From the IMG/VR virus record IMGVR_UViG_3300028797_000119: DNA of 64,000 bases, one strand, 5' to 3'. The translations under genes and the position numbers were made by a program. Shown one piece after another: positions 49,307 through 59,460 of this stretch. Under the pieces are notes generated by a model. That model worked only from the letters and a program-made list of their open reading frames with translations, made no database searches and was not told the origin of the DNA. Within the stretch, counting starts at the first letter, position 1. Each line of letters starts with the position of its first letter. The stretch is from an uncultured virus (IMG/VR IMGVR_UViG_3300028797_000119). Taxonomy: Duplodnaviria > Heunggongvirae > Uroviricota > Caudoviricetes.

Positions 49307-49747
49307 TTACTTCACAGTTCGGCTGCCGTGCCATTCGATACCGAGCTTCTTCGCCAGTCGGCGAGCGGCTTGGTATTCTGGGCAGCGGCTGTTGTCGCCG
49401 TGGTCCCAGGATGCGATCATACCGTGCTGCTGCAGAACGGAGAGGAACACCTTGATAACCACGTCGTACGGTTCTCGACAGGTCTTGCAGAAACGCCAGC
49501 TGTCGATGCCAATACGCTGGTTAACGTCGTCTTCCTGTTCGAGGCTGAAGTTGAACGTGTCGAAACACGGTTTACCGTAGATACGGATGTGTTTCTGGTT
49601 GATGTAGTACGAGAGCTTCTGGTCGTCGGTCTGTTTGGCGTTGTATGCCTCGACGACCTTGATCAACTGGTCGACCATCAGCTGCGGGAATGCGCTGACT
49701 TCGCCGTTCTCGACTTTCTCGCTCGGTACCCAAGAATTAACGTACAT
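49307..49747 (-). CDS. phage-type hypothetical protein
   Basis: FCKTCREPYDVVI motif; start refined; junction element. Confidence 0.75.
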   Translation of the reverse strand: MYVNSWVPSEKVENGEVSAFPQLMVDQLIKVVEAYNAKQTDDQKLSYYINQKHIRIYGKPCFDTFNFSLEQEDDVNQRIGIDSWRFCKTCREPYDVVIKVFLSVLQQHGMIASWDHGDNSRCPEYQAARRLAKKLGIEWHGSRTVK

Positions 49748-50021
49748 AATGAACTCCTTTTGGTTGGTATAGGAAAAATGGACGGTCTGGGGAGACCCGG
49801 TCACCAGCAGAAAGTGGATCCTACCAGTCTGAACGGCTGGTTGCCTTTCCAGTGTGGAAGCTTCTGGGAATCCTCGGCTACCAGCCGGGCGGCTTCCAGA
49901 TAATTTTCCGGAACAGTGAACGAGTTTTGGTGGTTTCTGGCGCACTGGGCTACCTTCTGGAGGATCACTGTGCGTTTCTGGTCGAGTTCGTGGTCTTCTG
50001 GCATAAATGTCCTCAAAAATG

Positions 50022-50175
50022 AAAAAAAGAACGGCCCAGCATACCCCAGACTGAGCCGTTCCCCCTATACGCAACCAAAGGAGTTACTATGGTTGTATTC
50101 ATTCTAATAAACATAGCGGACGATGATAAGTAATGACGAATTAACAAACCGCCGTCCGTTGCGAATTTCATTGAT
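50022..50175 (-). ncRNA. candidate small RNA antisense to the shared cassette leader/RBS
   Basis: TTGACA-N17-TATATT at 50182-50210; contains CATAGTAACTCCTTTGGTTGCGTATAG; terminator GAACGGCTCAG/CTGGGCCGTTC-T7. Confidence 0.55.
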
Positions 50176-50224
50176 GGCTCAAATATAAAAACTTATATCG
50201 GGGCTGTCAAGGTATGCTGGAAAA

Positions 50225-50818
50225 TTATTTTTCCTTGACGATGGTGTACTTGATCCAGGAGTTAGTACCCCACGAGGCTGGCGATTCCGCACACTTGGCT
50301 TGCATAACGGCCTTAAGGTTGATACGTTCCGGACGGTCGGCGGCCTTCGCCGCACGGTTGAAGTCGTTGACGACCCACTTGCAAGCTGCTTCTAACGTCG
50401 GTTTGGTGACGGCGAACGGTACGAGGGTTCCGTTCGGTTCGTTGTATTCGGCACCCTGCACGATGAACTTCTTTGGAAGATGCTTGTCGTTGATGCCGAA
50501 CGCCGTCGTCAAGCAACTGATGTGGTTTCCACCGGTTGTTTCGATATCGAATTTGACGCTCTCAGTGTCCGGGTCGTCCAGCGCTTTCTGGGCAAGCTTG
50601 ATGCCGGTTTTCACGGTTTTGACGGAGTATTCGCTTGTGGTTGTCTGTTTTCCGGTTATGACGAGTAGGAACGTTTCAATACGGGTTTTGCCAAGTTTCT
50701 TGATTCCGATATTGAGCCAGTCTTCAATGTTGTGTTTGGCAAGGCTATGCTTGAGGGTTATCATGTCGTAAATTTTCAGTTCATCGTGGTTTGTGGTTGT
50801 AAATGACCAAAGTTTCAT
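50225..50818 (-). CDS. hypothetical protein
   Basis: junction element. Confidence 0.75.
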   Translation of the reverse strand: MKLWSFTTTNHDELKIYDMITLKHSLAKHNIEDWLNIGIKKLGKTRIETFLLVITGKQTTTSEYSVKTVKTGIKLAQKALDDPDTESVKFDIETTGGNHISCLTTAFGINDKHLPKKFIVQGAEYNEPNGTLVPFAVTKPTLEAACKWVVNDFNRAAKAADRPERINLKAVMQAKCAESPASWGTNSWIKYTIVKEK

Positions 50819-50887
50819 TTTGAATCTCCTTGTTGTTTGGTATAGGATCAATAGCCAGTCTGGGGAAACCCGGCTATCCAGAGCCAG

Positions 50888-51514
50888 TTAGGTGTCGCCG
50901 TAGCGATCCCAAGTAAATTTGGCGTAGTCGTGTGCGTTGTCGGCCTCGAAGGGGGAACCGTCGAGGACGGAACCGCTGAAGTAGGTGTTGACCTCGTTCC
51001 AGAAGTCTTCGAACGTGATCGCGCTGGAATTATCGTGCAATTCAATAATTTTTGTCTTTCCAAGGTATTCGGCGAGCGTCTTGCTGGTGATCTTTTCGCC
51101 GTCGTGCCAGTGGGCGGAGAAGTATTCGATGATCTCGTCGGCCATGCTGCCCAGAGCGTCGCGCTTGAGCATATCGGCGAGATCCTTGTTGGCGGCGTCG
51201 AGCCACTTGTCGGCTGGTAGCTTGGCGTAATCGCCATCGACCCACTTTTTGGCTAGCGCGTCGCAGAGGCTCCAGCGGTATTCCATCATTTCGGAATGGC
51301 GGTCGTCGAGCTGTTCGTCAGATTCTTCTGAAGCTTCGCGGAAGTCGAGGTGTTCAGAAAGCATTCTGGACATCGTGTTGAGCTTGACTTCGTCGTCGCT
51401 CAAAGGTTCGTCGTTCTGGTCGATCACTTCGCTGCGGTTGTTGTCGTAACCGTCGTTACAAAAGTAGAGGCCGTTCTGGAGGCAAGATTCGTTGAGTTCC
51501 TTGTGAGAAAGCAT
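50888..51514 (-). CDS. acidic hypothetical protein
   Basis: junction element. Confidence 0.75.
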   Translation of the reverse strand: MLSHKELNESCLQNGLYFCNDGYDNNRSEVIDQNDEPLSDDEVKLNTMSRMLSEHLDFREASEESDEQLDDRHSEMMEYRWSLCDALAKKWVDGDYAKLPADKWLDAANKDLADMLKRDALGSMADEIIEYFSAHWHDGEKITSKTLAEYLGKTKIIELHDNSSAITFEDFWNEVNTYFSGSVLDGSPFEADNAHDYAKFTWDRYGDT

Positions 51515-51594
51515 TTTAAACTCCTTTGTTTGGTATAGAAAAAATATCCGGGCTGGGGAAGCCCGGCCCAGACCTGACAGTCCGGAAAAATTAT

Positions 51595-51846
51595 TTAGTC
51601 GATATCGACTTCGACTGTTCTGGAAAATTTTACCGTCCCGTCATTAACCCAGAGAGGACCGTCGTATTCGCCTTGTCTAAGGTGATGGCCGTCAAATGTT
51701 AAAAGATTATACCAGTCTGAATCACCGGGCATATGGTTCTCAAGCGGAATGATGCACGGTGCTTTTCCGCCGACCAACAAAAGCTGGCCTTCGATCGTTC
51801 CCTTAGTGCAATGTTCGCCTGTATAAAGATTTATTTGGATTTTCAT
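51595..51846 (-). CDS. hypothetical protein
   Basis: GAGG RBS. Confidence 0.6.
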   Translation of the reverse strand: MKIQINLYTGEHCTKGTIEGQLLLVGGKAPCIIPLENHMPGDSDWYNLLTFDGHHLRQGEYDGPLWVNDGTVKFSRTVEVDID

Positions 51847-52042
51847 AAAACCCTCGTGTTAAAAAATGTTTGGTAACTGAAAATTAAAATATAAAAAAGT
51901 CCGCCGGCTTACCTCCATATACACCTCAACAAAGTAAGCCGGCGAACCCAAGGAAACAAAAAGTTTTCCAGCCGTGCCTAGGAGCTAATTCTCTGAGCGG
52001 TGGCACGGCTGGAAAGAACCAACCATACCGCTCAGGAAAATT

Positions 52043-52810
52043 TTAATGGTCGTGGCAACCGATGACCTTTGCAGTCGGCTTGTCAATGCACAGACGGCAA
52101 GTGTCGCAGTGGATCGGACGGCGGACGGCACGTTTCGAGCCTTCCGGAATGACGTAGGCCGGACAATAAATTTTTGTTTCCAGTCTCACGTCGCCGTCGT
52201 CGTAGACGAAAGCCTTGACGTTCGGCAAGTCCTTGACACGTTCGTATTCCTTGACACCTTGATCTTTCCACACGGAGTAGAGGATAGTGAGGTTTTTCGG
52301 AACGAGGCCAGCCTTCAAAAATTTTTCCACGAGGTCGTACATTTTCGTGTAGAGGTAGGAACGGGTTTCGGGGAAAGCTTCGGCGAGGCGGCACCACATG
52401 GCCAGCTGTTCCTCGTTTTCGAGTTCGCCGGACTGGTTAATGCGGTAGACCTTGATCTCGCGACGCTTGATCTGGGCGGCGAGGTCACGTTCGACCTTAT
52501 CAAGTTCGTTACGCATACCCCAAGTGTTCACGGCTTGGCTGTAGATAACCGAGGGGAAGCGGTAGGAAGCGCGGACGTAGCAAGCCTTCTTGCAAGAGCC
52601 GCAGTTCTGGCAAGTACCCTTGATGTTCTTGAGCTTGCCAGTGAGCTTCTTATAGGTGTAGTCACCCATCAAGGTCGAGAACGTGGGGATCTCGCCGACC
52701 TTGGTGTTGCCGCCCATATTGAAGCCGTAGGTGTGGTGCTTGGGGTCGAAGCTGAGCATGGCGATACCGTCGCTCGGCGTGACAATGTTCTTGGTTTCGT
52801 CGAAAAGCAT
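52043..52810 (-). CDS. GP88-like Cys-rich (Fe-S/radical-SAM-like) phage protein
   Basis: GNTKVG, TCQNCGSCKKACY, RINQSGE, YLYTK, CP...CDTCRLC...H. Confidence 0.7.
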   Translation of the reverse strand: MLFDETKNIVTPSDGIAMLSFDPKHHTYGFNMGGNTKVGEIPTFSTLMGDYTYKKLTGKLKNIKGTCQNCGSCKKACYVRASYRFPSVIYSQAVNTWGMRNELDKVERDLAAQIKRREIKVYRINQSGELENEEQLAMWCRLAEAFPETRSYLYTKMYDLVEKFLKAGLVPKNLTILYSVWKDQGVKEYERVKDLPNVKAFVYDDGDVRLETKIYCPAYVIPEGSKRAVRRPIHCDTCRLCIDKPTAKVIGCHDH

Positions 52811-52888
52811 TTGGATAACTCCTTTTAGTTGGTTGTTTTGTGTATAGTGTTTATACATCGCTGGGGGAAACCCGGACGGATCCGGTCA

Positions 52889-53278
52889 TTACGGTCGCCC
52901 GATACTCTCCACCAGCTGCTTTGCCTTATCGGCGATTTTGTCGAACACGGCGTGGACGGACGTGGACGACAGTGAGAGGCTTGCAAGGTAGTCACGACCT
53001 TTGTGGACACCCATAGACAAGCTCCAGTTCTCGTTGATGTTCGGACGGTCGTCACGGCGGAGGTGAATAGTCAGCTCGTAACCTTCGGGAAGGTGCTTGA
53101 ACTGGTCGAAGGTGGCGATCGCGAGGTTGCACTCAGATCCAGGGGTGCGGTCGTACCAGAAGTCGCTCATTTCCTCGCCGTTGGCGGCGAAGTCCATCGA
53201 CAAGGCGTTCTTGAGGGGGTCGGCGTGGTCGAACGGTTCTCGACAGCGCAACATAGCTACAGAGGTGTAATTGCTCAT
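52889..53278 (-). CDS. hypothetical protein
   Basis: junction element. Confidence 0.75.
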   Translation of the reverse strand: MSNYTSVAMLRCREPFDHADPLKNALSMDFAANGEEMSDFWYDRTPGSECNLAIATFDQFKHLPEGYELTIHLRRDDRPNINENWSLSMGVHKGRDYLASLSLSSTSVHAVFDKIADKAKQLVESIGRP

Positions 53279-53414
53279 TGTTTAACTCCTTTTGGTTGGT
53301 ATATGACCGATAGCCGGTCTGGGGAATCCCGGATGGTTGCAGTCAGTGGCCTATGGCCAGATCGCCGTAAATAGGTGGGAGCTGGTCTGAACCAGTCCCA
53401 CCGTTGGTTAGTAC

Positions 53415-54227
53415 CTACTTGGCGGCACTCTTGGCGATAGATGCCTTCTTTTGGTCAAGCTGTTCCTTGATAACGCCTACCTTGACTTCGTCAGACAAGT
53501 AGAGCTTTTCACCATCGCGCCAGTCGCCCAAATAGAAGTCGATATTCTTTGCACCGTGCCGAGCATATGCGAGCAAAGCCTTCAGATTGTCAATGCTCGT
53601 GTTGTAGTCGAGGCTCGTGCGGTAAGTCCACGAGAGCTTTGCGTCCTTGCGAGGCTTGGAAACAAATTTTTTGTCACGGACGGCCACTTCAAACGGACAG
53701 TCGTCGTAGCGGCTGAACAAGCCGTCAAAAATCTTGAGGAAGGTCGCCTTCGTGATGGGTGCCTTTTGGTTGCAAATCACGTATTCGGTCGGTTCACCCT
53801 TGACAAAGTGCTGTTCGTAGCACTTGACGGACGGAATGTTGAAGCGGAGCTTGCCTTTGTAGCGGCGGTACACGAGCTGCGCCTCGGTGAGCTTCTTGGC
53901 CTTCTTGTATTCCACGGCTTCGCTCTTGTCGTGGGTCACGTCGGCACTGCTATCGAGACTTGCGAAGTGGCGGATGAGGTCGTTCGCATCGGTTTCCGGA
54001 CAGCGCAGCGTTTCTTCGAAGAAGCCTTCTTCGCCGTCGTGGTCGGAACGGCTGTTGTGAACGAAAGCGTCGATGATCGTGGAACCGTTGTACTTGCGGA
54101 CGAGTTCGTCGAGCTTCTTGTCGAACGCAGTCCACACGCGGTCCATAAGGTTATGGAACGAGTCGGTTTCGTAGTTGCAGCCAGTGAAACGGTGGAACTT
54201 GACGGTGATAAGCTTCATTTTAGGCAT
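53415..54227 (-). CDS. hypothetical protein
   Basis: junction element. Confidence 0.75.
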   Translation of the reverse strand: MPKMKLITVKFHRFTGCNYETDSFHNLMDRVWTAFDKKLDELVRKYNGSTIIDAFVHNSRSDHDGEEGFFEETLRCPETDANDLIRHFASLDSSADVTHDKSEAVEYKKAKKLTEAQLVYRRYKGKLRFNIPSVKCYEQHFVKGEPTEYVICNQKAPITKATFLKIFDGLFSRYDDCPFEVAVRDKKFVSKPRKDAKLSWTYRTSLDYNTSIDNLKALLAYARHGAKNIDFYLGDWRDGEKLYLSDEVKVGVIKEQLDQKKASIAKSAAK

Positions 54228-54299
54228 TTTGAATCTCCTTTTGGTTGGTATAGGAACAATGGGAAGGCCGGGGAAGCCCGACCAGTCCCAGACAGTCCC

Positions 54300-54590
54300 C
54301 TAGATCTTCTCGACTACCCAGACGAACTTGCGGTTCCACGACTTGGGGGATTTCAGCGTGGCCTTCTTGTTCTTTTCGAGTTCAAGGGTGAGGCGCACGA
54401 CTTGACGGCTGGACAGCTTGGGAGGCACCTTGCCGCTGGGGAGCTTGACCTCTTCTCGCCAGTCGTTGTAAAGGAAAGCCACTTTTTCGATTGCTTCTCC
54501 GGAGGTATCGCGGTAGTAGCGATAGGGATCCTTCGCGCCGTCTCGAAAAACGGTTTCATTGACGACAAAAGAATTTTTCTTCTTGGGCAT
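54300..54590 (-). CDS. basic hypothetical protein
   Basis: GAGG RBS. Confidence 0.65.
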   Translation of the reverse strand: MPKKKNSFVVNETVFRDGAKDPYRYYRDTSGEAIEKVAFLYNDWREEVKLPSGKVPPKLSSRQVVRLTLELEKNKKATLKSPKSWNRKFVWVVEKI

Positions 54591-54626
54591 AAGAACCTCG
54601 TAAAGGGGGTGTTACCCCCCTTTTAA

Positions 54627-54896
54627 TTATTTGTTCTTGGTGAACTTCTCGTTGCTCTTGGCGCGGATATCCTTCACGCGAGCGACGAGCTTGTGGGAGC
54701 CTTCTTCGATCTTGTCGGCAGCGGCGTCGGCGGCATTGCCAGCGGCATCCTTGACAAGTGTTCCGCCCACGTCGGTCGCCTTGCCAACGAGTTCGGATGT
54801 GGCCTTGGCTGCCTTGTCCTTTGCGGACGGCGAGGCGAAGAAGTAGACACCGGCGACAATGCCGAGGAGGAAGATGGTGACAAGGAACTTGAACAT
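54627..54896 (-). CDS. TM-anchored Ala/Lys-rich small protein
   Basis: AAGGAG RBS, N-terminal TM. Confidence 0.7.
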   Translation of the reverse strand: MFKFLVTIFLLGIVAGVYFFASPSAKDKAAKATSELVGKATDVGGTLVKDAAGNAADAAADKIEEGSHKLVARVKDIRAKSNEKFTKNK

Positions 54897-54919
54897 TGTT
54901 ACTCCTTTATGGTTGTGGG

Positions 54920-55111
54920 TTAGATTGGATAGGTCACGTCGGCGAACGCTTGTCTTTCGTCGTCGTCTTCGGTGATATCTTCGACATTGGCGTTGTCGGT
55001 GTCGATGATATCTTTTTCGTAAGCTTTTTGAATGACCTCTTCGTCAGAGAGTGAGGTTTCCGAGGTCACGGCGACCGAGCTTCCGTCGGTGTTGATTTTG
55101 TAGAATTTCAT
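54920..55111 (-). CDS. small acidic protein
   Basis: junction element. Confidence 0.7.
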   Translation of the reverse strand: MKFYKINTDGSSVAVTSETSLSDEEVIQKAYEKDIIDTDNANVEDITEDDDERQAFADVTYPI

Positions 55112-55173
55112 ATTGAACTCCTTTGGTTGGTATAGGATCAATAGCCGGACTGGGGAAGCCCGGCTAGTCCCAG

Positions 55174-55428
55174 TTAGTCGATCGAGGCGACCTTGATTGT
55201 TGACATCTGGTCGAGGCCGAGACGCTTGAGGTCGTCGATGCACTTGTCGTCGAACACGGCTTCGTGATGACCGTTATGGTACATATTGGCTTCGAGGTCT
55301 TCGATCTGGTCGAGGTCGATATCGCCGTCGAAAGTCCAAATCGGGTGATAGGGTCGTTTAAGTTCGCGGTTCGTGATTACGATGGGCTGGCGACCGTTCG
55401 TCACGTTCAGATAAGCTTTCCATGCCAT
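55174..55428 (-). CDS. hypothetical protein
   Basis: junction element. Confidence 0.75.
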   Translation of the reverse strand: MAWKAYLNVTNGRQPIVITNRELKRPYHPIWTFDGDIDLDQIEDLEANMYHNGHHEAVFDDKCIDDLKRLGLDQMSTIKVASID

Positions 55429-55482
55429 TTTGAATCTCCTTTAGGTTGGTATAGTGGTTATAGGAAACCAGGGGAAGCCCGG

Positions 55483-56181
55483 CTACTGCTGGACAGTAGC
55501 TTCGGGTTTCTTGGAGGGGTTGAGCCGTTCTCCGCGCTTGATGAGCGTTTCCAAGTTGCTCTTAGCGTCCCGGATTGCTCGCCAGTTCCCATCGATCGCC
55601 TTCAGCAATTCGTAGTCATCGGGACACTTGGCCTTCTTCCAATTCGTGAGAAGGTACTTTGTCATATCGTTAAAAGATTTTGCGGCCAAGATGACTTCTT
55701 CCTTGCGTTTCTTGAAATCGGCCTTGCGCTTGGCCTTGTCCGCCTTGATCCAGTCGGTAACATTCTTATAGAAGCCGAGGAAGCGGTCATAAATCTCGTC
55801 AAGCTGCTTGGTGGTCATAGTGTCGAACCAAGTCTTGTCCACCCCACGGGTCGGAAAGAGTGCGCGGTCCGCGCTGAATGTTTCCAAGTGTCCATCGACC
55901 ATCTTGCCGTTGAACCAACACATATGGGAATCCCAAGTGTCCAAGAAGATATAACGGCTGCTCTCGATGTACGGACGACCGTGATCGTGTACAGTGTCGC
56001 CTTGACGGATGTAGGACAAGTGGTGGAACTGCTTGTCATAGGGGTTATAGATAGACAAGGTGAGCATATACGGCCAGTCGTGCGGGTCGGTGATCTTGAA
56101 CTTCTTGGGATGCTTGGCGATGTACTTGCTAAGCGGCATTTCCAAGATCTGTTCTTTGGTGATTTTAACTTCTTCGTCCAT
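55483..56181 (-). CDS. hypothetical protein
   Basis: junction element. Confidence 0.75.
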   Translation of the reverse strand: MDEEVKITKEQILEMPLSKYIAKHPKKFKITDPHDWPYMLTLSIYNPYDKQFHHLSYIRQGDTVHDHGRPYIESSRYIFLDTWDSHMCWFNGKMVDGHLETFSADRALFPTRGVDKTWFDTMTTKQLDEIYDRFLGFYKNVTDWIKADKAKRKADFKKRKEEVILAAKSFNDMTKYLLTNWKKAKCPDDYELLKAIDGNWRAIRDAKSNLETLIKRGERLNPSKKPEATVQQ

Positions 56182-56246
56182 ATTAACTCCTTTTGGTTGG
56201 TATAGAAAAAATATCCGGGCTGGGGAAGCCCGGACACCCGGAGACA

Positions 56247-56801
56247 TTACTTCTCCTTAATCACCCTGATACAAAGTTTTTCGTTGCCGTTCTCGAACGT
56301 GTAGCCGTCCAAGCAGTCGTCGCGGGTCACCTTGTCTTGGTCGCTGTTGCATTCTCGGATAGTGTCGTTTACAATATCCGCAACCGCGTCGGCGGCGTCT
56401 TCGCGAGAATCGTAGATGTGGGGGTCTTCCACAATTTCGTCGCCGTCTTCGAAGTGGTGGAAACCGCTCAGGAAGAACTTGCCCGGTTCCTTTTTAGTAA
56501 CGACTTCGCCACCGACGATAGACGCAAATTCCTCAGCGTCGTCCTTGTTGGGCAAGTGGATCGTGAGGAAGTTCTGTTCGTAGAAGTCATCGAACGAATT
56601 GTCGTCCACCTCGATAACAAAGCCGGGGTCGTTCTTGGCCTTGTCCATATCGAAAGCTGTATCGTCTTCTGGTTCGGTGTCGTCGGGATAGCGTTCGTGG
56701 AGGAACTTTCTGGCAGCGTCTGAATCGGAGATGCGAGTAACTGCGTCGCCGAGGAAGCTGTCTACGTCATCATATTCGTTGGTGTGGGTGCTGATAGCCA
56801 T
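56247..56801 (-). CDS. very acidic protein
   Basis: junction element, D/E-rich. Confidence 0.75.
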   Translation of the reverse strand: MAISTHTNEYDDVDSFLGDAVTRISDSDAARKFLHERYPDDTEPEDDTAFDMDKAKNDPGFVIEVDDNSFDDFYEQNFLTIHLPNKDDAEEFASIVGGEVVTKKEPGKFFLSGFHHFEDGDEIVEDPHIYDSREDAADAVADIVNDTIRECNSDQDKVTRDDCLDGYTFENGNEKLCIRVIKEK

Positions 56802-56854
56802 TTTGAAACTCCTTTGGTTGGTATAGTGGTTATGGCAAACCAAGGGAAACCCGG

Positions 56855-57274
56855 CTACTTCGAGCCAGTTTTCCCACAGTACGCTCCGTACAGAGCGGTT
56901 TCGGACAGACTGTAGCTGTCGTGGCCGGTACGAGGCGGATAGTAGTCGAGACAGACTTCGGTGCCGCGCTGGCGAACCGTCCACCACTCCTTGCACTTCG
57001 CGCACTGGCAACTGGCCTCTATATAGGGGTCTTGGGGGAGTGCCTTGCCGCGCTCCCAATTGGTGGACATCACGGACATAGACACTTCGTTGGGGTCGGC
57101 CTTGCCGCCACAGTACGGACAAGTGTCGCCGTCCTGGATCGCCTTCAGAGCGATTGTGACGAGGTGTACCGGCTTTCCGAGATAGTAGCCGTCCTTTGCG
57201 ACTGCCCAGCAGTTCTTATAGTAGCGGGGCCTCGTCTTTCCAAACTGCTTGTTGATTTCCTTTGACCACAGCAT
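56855..57274 (-). CDS. Zn-finger protein
   Basis: CPYCGG...CAKC; junction element. Confidence 0.7.
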   Translation of the reverse strand: MLWSKEINKQFGKTRPRYYKNCWAVAKDGYYLGKPVHLVTIALKAIQDGDTCPYCGGKADPNEVSMSVMSTNWERGKALPQDPYIEASCQCAKCKEWWTVRQRGTEVCLDYYPPRTGHDSYSLSETALYGAYCGKTGSK

Positions 57275-57449
57275 TGTAGCCTCCTTTTGGTTGGTATAGA
57301 ACAAATAGCCGACCGGGGGAAACCCGATCGGCCACAGTTAGTGGACGGCTCCGTCAGGCTTGCCTCAGCCGTCTGGCAGCCGTCCGTTCAAATAAAGTGG
57401 TGACTGGGAGCACCCCTACCCCCAGCCACCTTAGCTACCAACCACGGAG

Positions 57450-59375
57450 CTAAACAAGACCCTTGAGCAAGTGAGCGATTACGTTCACCGTCCAGCCGTT
57501 GCCGATGGCCTCGATGCGCTGGTGACGAGTGCAGCCGCCTTTAGCCGTGTAGCCGTCGGGAATGGTCTGCAACCGTTCGCATTCGGTGACCGTCATCGGT
57601 CGGATAGTGCAGCCAGTCGCCTTGCCTTGGTCGTCGGTGAAGCGATTGTCGCTCTTAAAAAGATTTTTCAGTTCGGTCGGTTCGACATTGAACACGGCTT
57701 GACCCATAGACTTGCCGAAGTAACGGCGGCAGAGATAGGCTTGGGTTCCTTGGAAGCCAGCGTAACGGCGAGCCAAACACAAAGATTTTTCACGGTCAAC
57801 CACGCCGTTTTCGATAATGTCCTTGAGCTTGATTCCCATATCCGTCGGCACGGACGCATACGGAATGTTCGTCCAGTAGAGACGCTTGCGATTCTGAGCC
57901 GAGACGAGTGCGGAATTGATTTCCAGCGGTTCCACGCCGAAGGCTTCGGTGATGGCGGCCTTGATATCCTTGCTCATAGAGGCGTTGTTCTCGTAGAGGA
58001 AGTACGGAACGCCGCTTTCCTTCCAAGCGCGGACATACTGGGAGAACAAGTCCCATCCGATGCCAGAGTTCGTGGTTTCACGACCGTGGCCGGCCTTGGC
58101 GATGCTCCAGTTCGTGCAGTTGTGCACTACACGGTTGTTACAGATGTACGATTCGTCGTCGGCAACCGAAATATTGTACACGGTGGCGTCTTCAGCTTTC
58201 ATCTTGGATTTGAACGGTGTGAAAACTTTTGTACCTTCCACGTGAGCGACCGACTGCGGTTTTAAAGTTTTATTGAAGACCAACGACCACTGCTGGTTCA
58301 ATTTAACCGTACGGCCTTCGATCGTACCGGTGGTTCCACGAGACGCGATTTTTCTAACTCCGACATTGACACCGTACGCTTTTTGCATAAGCAGTGCCAT
58401 AGAATACGCCAAGCGCTTGCTGGTAGTACATGCGTGGTATGTTTTCCATTTGGTGTCTTGGTGGCCATCACCGCTCATATACCCTTCAACTAGGGCAATA
58501 CAATGTGTTTTCGGCAGCTTCAGCAAGACGGTCGGTACTTGTTTTTCATAACAGTTTTGACCGAGATTCAAAGATAAAATCCGTTCGACCCATTCTTGGC
58601 TGCAAATGAGACAGCGTTCGACAGACTTACTGTGAGGGTAATGGGTTACATGGTAAGATTTTACGTGTTCGAGAAAGTCTTTGACCTTATTAGAACCGAT
58701 AGACAACACCACGGCATAATGGTAAGAGTTCTTGCGATTTTTGCGTTTGTCGTTGCGGATGTGGCCGTCGGCGAGGTATCGACCCAAAATCCAGCAGTCC
58801 TCTTCGGTAAGGTTTAACGGATTTTCTTCAGCTTGGATAATCGGCGACGACATAAAATCGCCTTTTTTCATGTCATTGACGGTTATCCAGGCTGGTCTTG
58901 AAAAAGTTCTTTCGGCGCAACGACGGTCGTTATTCCACACGCGCTTCATGCTAGACACATAGAACGGGTGGTTTCCAGTCACCGTAAAGTCGTCGGTACC
59001 TTGCGAAGATACTCGATATACGTCGGACGATGTCTTGTGGCCGACCGCCGTTACCGGCTTGAAACGGTCGTTATGGGTATAGACCATATCGCCGACCTTG
59101 ATATCTTCAATGGGCTTGTATCCGTCGCTGGTAAGTACCAAGTGACCCTTTGTGAAGCACGGACTCCCACCGATAAGCAAGTCGAAACCCTTGTACTGGG
59201 TGAAGTCGGCCTTGAACACGTCGCCGCCTTGTTCGGTTTCGGGGTAGTTGGCTTGGGTAATCTTGATGGCCGATTTTTCGATTTCGTAGGCGACATAGCG
59301 TTCGACTTTGATTCCAGCGCGGTCGAGAGCTATGTGACCGCAAGAGATACCGTCGAAAAGGGAAAGAACTTTCAT
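57450..59375 (-). CDS. C5-cytosine DNA methyltransferase containing an intein
   Basis: VLSLFDGI (motif I), GGSP|C, YENN (VI), AQNRKRLYW (VIII), ECERLQ, IGNGW (X). Confidence 0.92.
   Translation of the reverse strand: MKVLSLFDGISCGHIALDRAGIKVERYVAYEIEKSAIKITQANYPETEQGGDVFKADFTQYKGFDLLIGGSPCFTKGHLVLTSDGYKPIEDIKVGDMVYTHNDRFKPVTAVGHKTSSDVYRVSSQGTDDFTVTGNHPFYVSSMKRVWNNDRRCAERTFSRPAWITVNDMKKGDFMSSPIIQAEENPLNLTEEDCWILGRYLADGHIRNDKRKNRKNSYHYAVVLSIGSNKVKDFLEHVKSYHVTHYPHSKSVERCLICSQEWVERILSLNLGQNCYEKQVPTVLLKLPKTHCIALVEGYMSGDGHQDTKWKTYHACTTSKRLAYSMALLMQKAYGVNVGVRKIASRGTTGTIEGRTVKLNQQWSLVFNKTLKPQSVAHVEGTKVFTPFKSKMKAEDATVYNISVADDESYICNNRVVHNCTNWSIAKAGHGRETTNSGIGWDLFSQYVRAWKESGVPYFLYENNASMSKDIKAAITEAFGVEPLEINSALVSAQNRKRLYWTNIPYASVPTDMGIKLKDIIENGVVDREKSLCLARRYAGFQGTQAYLCRRYFGKSMGQAVFNVEPTELKNLFKSDNRFTDDQGKATGCTIRPMTVTECERLQTIPDGYTAKGGCTRHQRIEAIGNGWTVNVIAHLLKGLV
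58119..59159 (-). mobile_element. intein (347 aa) with LAGLIDADG homing endonuclease
   Basis: CFTKGHLV start, TGNHPF block B, LGRYLADG and VEGYMSGDG, VYNISV...VVHN|C end. Confidence 0.92.
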
Positions 59376-59460
59376 ATTAACTCCTTGTTTTGGTTGGCTG
59401 TCCTAAATTAGTTCTTGCATAGGGGAAATGGCTGGGCTGGGGACGCCCGGCCAGTTCCAG

